In this document: piece after piece, positions 60,150 through 64,000 of the stretch | How positions within the stretch are numbered: the first letter of the stretch is position 1 | Layout of the letters: the number at the start of each line of letters is the position of its first letter | NCBI GenBank assembly: GCA_010909165.1 | Contig: MU008165.1 | Span: 620,001 to 684,000 of the forward strand | Length of the DNA: 64,000 bases | Source of the DNA: Anthoceros angustus | Taxonomy: Eukaryota; Plantae; Anthocerotophyta | Direction: 5' to 3' | Notes under the pieces: model-generated | What the model saw: the letters and a program-made list of their open reading frames with translations, nothing else | Told to the model about the DNA's origin: nothing | Databases searched by the model: none | Translations under genes and position numbers: made by a program

Positions 60150-63100
60150 TTATTGGTAATATTTCTTGACCCGCCAACCGTGACGCGGCAAGGGTGAGCC
60201 ACTAAAATCCGGAGTTGAATTGATCCGTCGAAAACTTCGAAAACTCGAAGGGCCCCATCCATCCGAGATGTAATTTACGGAAAATGCATGTATCGGTTAT
60301 CGTATAGTAAAGCGGATCCCGGGAACAACGTATTCTTGACGCTTCAATCTCTTGTCGTGCCACTCCTTCCTCCTGTTGGACATCCCGCATAACTTGGAGG
60401 GCTTGTTCTGTCCTCCGGTGTCGATTTAAACCCACCAACCTTTCCAATCGACTTTCCTCCACCGGCATTCGACTTGGTTCTGTATTCTCGAGTGGGGAAC
60501 TTGAATTCTATTGGCATGATGAATGCCGTAAGTAAGATAATACGGGTTTGTTGTCACTTTTCCATGTCGGTACGCCACAGGTCAATGCATATCGCCATCA
60601 TACGATGTGAGTTTGGTTAGGATCTTGCACAACAAGCCATTTGCCTTTTCACCCCATTGGCTTTTGGGTTATAAGGCGTGGACTTCCGTGGCGACGTTGA
60701 AGTGGTTGGTCATGTTGGAGATTACGATTGATTTAAATGTGTTCCTCTCATCGACCAGCTCCGGAGCCATATCGGTGATGATTTGCTCGAGCAGAATCAC
60801 ACGACGTCCGAATCTCGGGCTGTGCTTCTACCATCCGCTGAATGTCTGGCCACCAGGATGTATTGGTTTTGGCGAGCCTTGGTTTTGGGCTGGATAGGAC
60901 CGACAAAATCGATTCCCCATTTCTCGAATGGTGCCAGTGCAAGTATGGGGACAAGGGGCCATTGGGTTGTTGCTGTTGGCTTGCCGACCCTTTGGCAAGC
61001 GTCACAGCGCTTCACGAACTCCTTGGCATCCTTGTACATTGTAGGCCACCAATAGCCAGCCTCCAAAATTTTCCTGCATGTGACATGCGCGGCATAATGA
61101 CCTCCCGCCTCTTCTTCGTGTAAAGAGCTCAGGACTCTGCTCACCTGCTTGGTGCGTACCCATAACCGCCCCCGTCCGACGACTCGGTATAAATTCATGT
61201 GCCGTGTGAATGGTGCGGAGTAGTGGACAAACGCTTTGAATCATGTCTTGGAAAGATGTGGAGGAATTTGGCTGCCAAGATAATCGTATATCTCGATATG
61301 TTGGTCTTGCCACCCTCCCTTCTCAATCGATCTGGCTCCTCCTTCCGAACTGGCTTCCGGTTGGTTTGCAACTGCAAAAAAGTGTCTCATCGGGAAAGTC
61401 GTCTTCTGGTCCTTTCCACCTTCCTGCTTTCAATCGAGATATGAAGTCGGCATTGATATGCTTCCTACCCTCTCTCGTTTCCTTTGTGAAGGTAAACTCA
61501 CAGCGGCAAGATCCGGCGTGCTATCGTCCGAAAGGTCGGTTTATTCACAAGGTGTTTCAAGGCAAAGTGGTCAACATGGAACACAAATTCATACGAGAGG
61601 AGGTAGTGTCGAATTTCGACCGAGTAAACCATTCCCGTGCTTCGCTCGTGGTGGTATACTTTCGCTCGCGTCCGTTAGTTGTCTCGGCATAGTAGATCGG
61701 AAAATCCTTCTTCTTCTCATCCAGGCTAAGGATCACCAATTGCAAATGCTGAAACATCAGCAGCGTGGAACTTCTTACTCCGTCCGGTCCTTTAGCGTAG
61801 CTGCGGTGGTGCGTAAGTCACGAAATGCTTCCTCCGTTCCGTCCACTCCCACCCGATCCTTCCTTAACAAGCTCGTTAGTGGGGCAGCCCGCTTGGCGAA
61901 ATTTGGAGCAAGCGTAATATCCGACCATCCCGGGAACCCGCGGAGTTCCTTTAGCGTTGTTGGTGCTCTAAGGGTGGCGATGACCTTTACCTTGTCCGGA
62001 TCTACTTCTATACCTCGGCTTGAAAATTATGCCCCAACGAATTCCTCGACATGCCAAGTAGCACTTTTGGATGCGCATAATTTGGCTCGCTCCTGGCACT
62101 TCCGAGGTGCGACGGATGGTCCTTGTGACCAACACGGAAGTCGTCCAGAAAACTTCCATAAAGTCGCGAGGAAGTCCTTGAAAATTTTGACGATGGCATG
62201 AAGGACCCGGTGCTCCGTCAACCCCTGCGCTTGTAAGCATATGTCCCGTCGGTTGTAAAGCGGTCGAGGCCAATCGCTCTCCCTAAGGTGCGGTGATTAT
62301 ACCCAGTACCGTCTAGGAATGAATCGCCATTACACTGCGACGGATCCGAGGATATTATCGATGAAGGGTAGCGGAAAGTGATCCTTCTTGGTGACCTTAT
62401 TCAACCTTCTCCATCGACAAACTCGGATTTTGCTGCGCCTCTTAGGTACTACCACTATTGGAGCCACCCATTCGGTATTGACTATAGGATAGATCACGTC
62501 CTTGAGGTACATCTCCAAGCGATCCTTTACCTTGAGGGAGTACTTGATTTAACTTGTACCGTGGAATCCTTCGGAATTGCTCACGGTTCGTCAATCCTAT
62601 GCTCGCCCCATTCTTTGGGATCCCTTCATGTCTACCTCGGCGAAAACATCGATGAATTCTGCAGCGTTTCATTCCTTCCTCCAACGCCGCATCCATTGTT
62701 ACGGAGAATTTGAGCACCTTCCGGAAGAACCTCAACGCCCTTGACTTCATCACCACCCACTCGCTCTCGGTGCGGTGCTAACCCCGAATCCTTCTTACGG
62801 CTCCGCGTTCCTCTTCTCTCATGCCCCATTCCCTAAACAAATCCTCCGACGTGAACTGCGCGCCTCCACCTTCTCCACTGCTGTTCGAATCCCCGGACCC
62901 CTTCCGGAGCATTCGCTTACCCGTAATGACCCTCGGGTTAATTGTATATGGATATCTCTGCGGTAGTCCCGCTCCTCATCGACCATGAGATGTGTGCGAC
63001 GGAACCTATCTTCCTCTTGCATCTCCCGACGTGTCCTCTGCCGAGGTGTACCCTTGCTTGTTGGAGTTTCACCGCATACATGTCCTTACTCCACGATAGG

Positions 63101-63450
63101 CACATCCTTCCCTCCTTGGTCTTGGGATCCCATTCCAGCGGTTTAAAACCGACTTCCTTCCGCCCCACTTGAGCGTGCATTGCGATCGTACATCCATGTT
63201 CGGCCAATTAGGACGTCGACTGGGCGATTTTTTTGGATGACTACATAATCCATCAAGTAGGGGATGGTTCCAATGGTCGTTAGCACCCTGGTTCCCCCAC
63301 CGCACCATTACGGACATGTCGGCTAGCCTCAAAACCTTGGTAGTATGTTCAATATCCAAGCCCAATTTCCTAGCCGTGTCTTCTCATAATATTTACACCC
63401 GTGTCGAGAGGCACTCCTTTGATGACACATCCGAAATTTCCAGAGTTGGT
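60150..63450 (-). pseudogene. Family B pol (protease, RT, RNase H, integrase), frameshifted
   Basis: VPLDTGVNIM (protease); EWVAPIVVVPK, LNKVTKKDHFPLPFID, FLDD (RT); PIYYA...ERKYTT (RH); HEEEAGGHY...YWWPTMYKDAKEFVKRCDACQR...PFEKWGIDFVGPI (integrase); KLHLGWMGPF. Confidence 0.93.
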
Positions 63451-64000
63451 GGGCCTTGATCCACCATGGATACCAAGTTCACGGCTCTGGTATAGGAACA
63501 TTGCGCCTCTTTTGGGTTGCGCCTCTTTTAACGCCCTCGATCTGTTGCCTATACGCGGATTGTCTCGGAGGAGTTGTCCGAATGTGATCATGAAATGTTG
63601 GTCCATGATGGCCTCGGCGAGATTGAAAAGCGGTGGCAGCCTTCTCGCCATCCGATTTGGTTGTGGGTTCCGTCATGACTTGGGGTACGGTGGCCCTTCC
63701 GGTGGGGTGGTGGACTCCCACAGGGTGGTGGAAATCGACACCCCGCCTTTTCCCCGTAGCCTCCTTGCCAATTCTTCTTGTATCATATCCATGACTTCGC
63801 CCGTCGTCCGGTGGAAACCCTAACTCGGTTCGGTAACTTTCTCTCGAAATCGGTGGGTTCCACCCCTTCGACGCTGAGCCCTTCATTCACCTTTCCGCCT
63901 GGAACACTCGGTCTCATGCATCACTCTTTTGCACATATGGTCCATCCGCCAAGTCACCGCAGGACTTGTTTTTTCTTTGGCCAACGCGTTCCGGGTGTTG

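Larger units (their letters stand above)
55906..64000 (-). mobile_element. pol-bearing (putatively autonomous) family B gypsy element, inverted; 5' part beyond the window
   Basis: 3' LTR 60117 to 55906 with the same termini as the family B LTRs; PPT at 60118-60131; pol upstream on the minus strand. Confidence 0.9.

Overview
Eukaryotic nuclear DNA from a plant. The PLS-class PPR gene implies an RNA-editing land plant, and the motif style suggests a seed-free lineage such as a hornwort, lycophyte or fern (inference). There is one intact host gene at the left edge: a minus-strand PLS-PPR gene, 2278 to <1, with an N-terminal OSB-type PDF motif. The ORF track misses it because it runs off the window. 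The remaining ~61 kb is a nest of transposons. (A) A ~27-kb non-chromoviral Ty3/gypsy element (7185-33970) with very long LTRs. (B) A degraded DDE transposase followed by a convergent N4/N6-type DNA methyltransferase fragment (34.3-37.3 kb). (C) A Ty3/gypsy element with a C5-cytosine DNA methyltransferase between protease and RT (38.9-44.95 kb), plus a second diverged C5-MTase relic at 55.15-55.9 kb (-). (D) A tandem LTR-gag-LTR-gag-LTR array of a non-autonomous derivative (45.0-54.6 kb), facing an inverted pol-bearing member of the same family (55.9-64 kb). The best candidates for new biology are the transposon-borne methyltransferases of two different classes, an accessory ORF embedded in the LTRs of two related families, and the PDF-PPR fusion. 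Main caveat: much of 5.5-33 kb is a patchwork of short modules joined at purine-rich microhomologies, and every TE ORF is heavily frameshifted while the PPR gene is intact. Assembly or consensus artefact may therefore inflate lengths and create apparent frameshifts. All translations and alignments were done by eye; no database searches were run.
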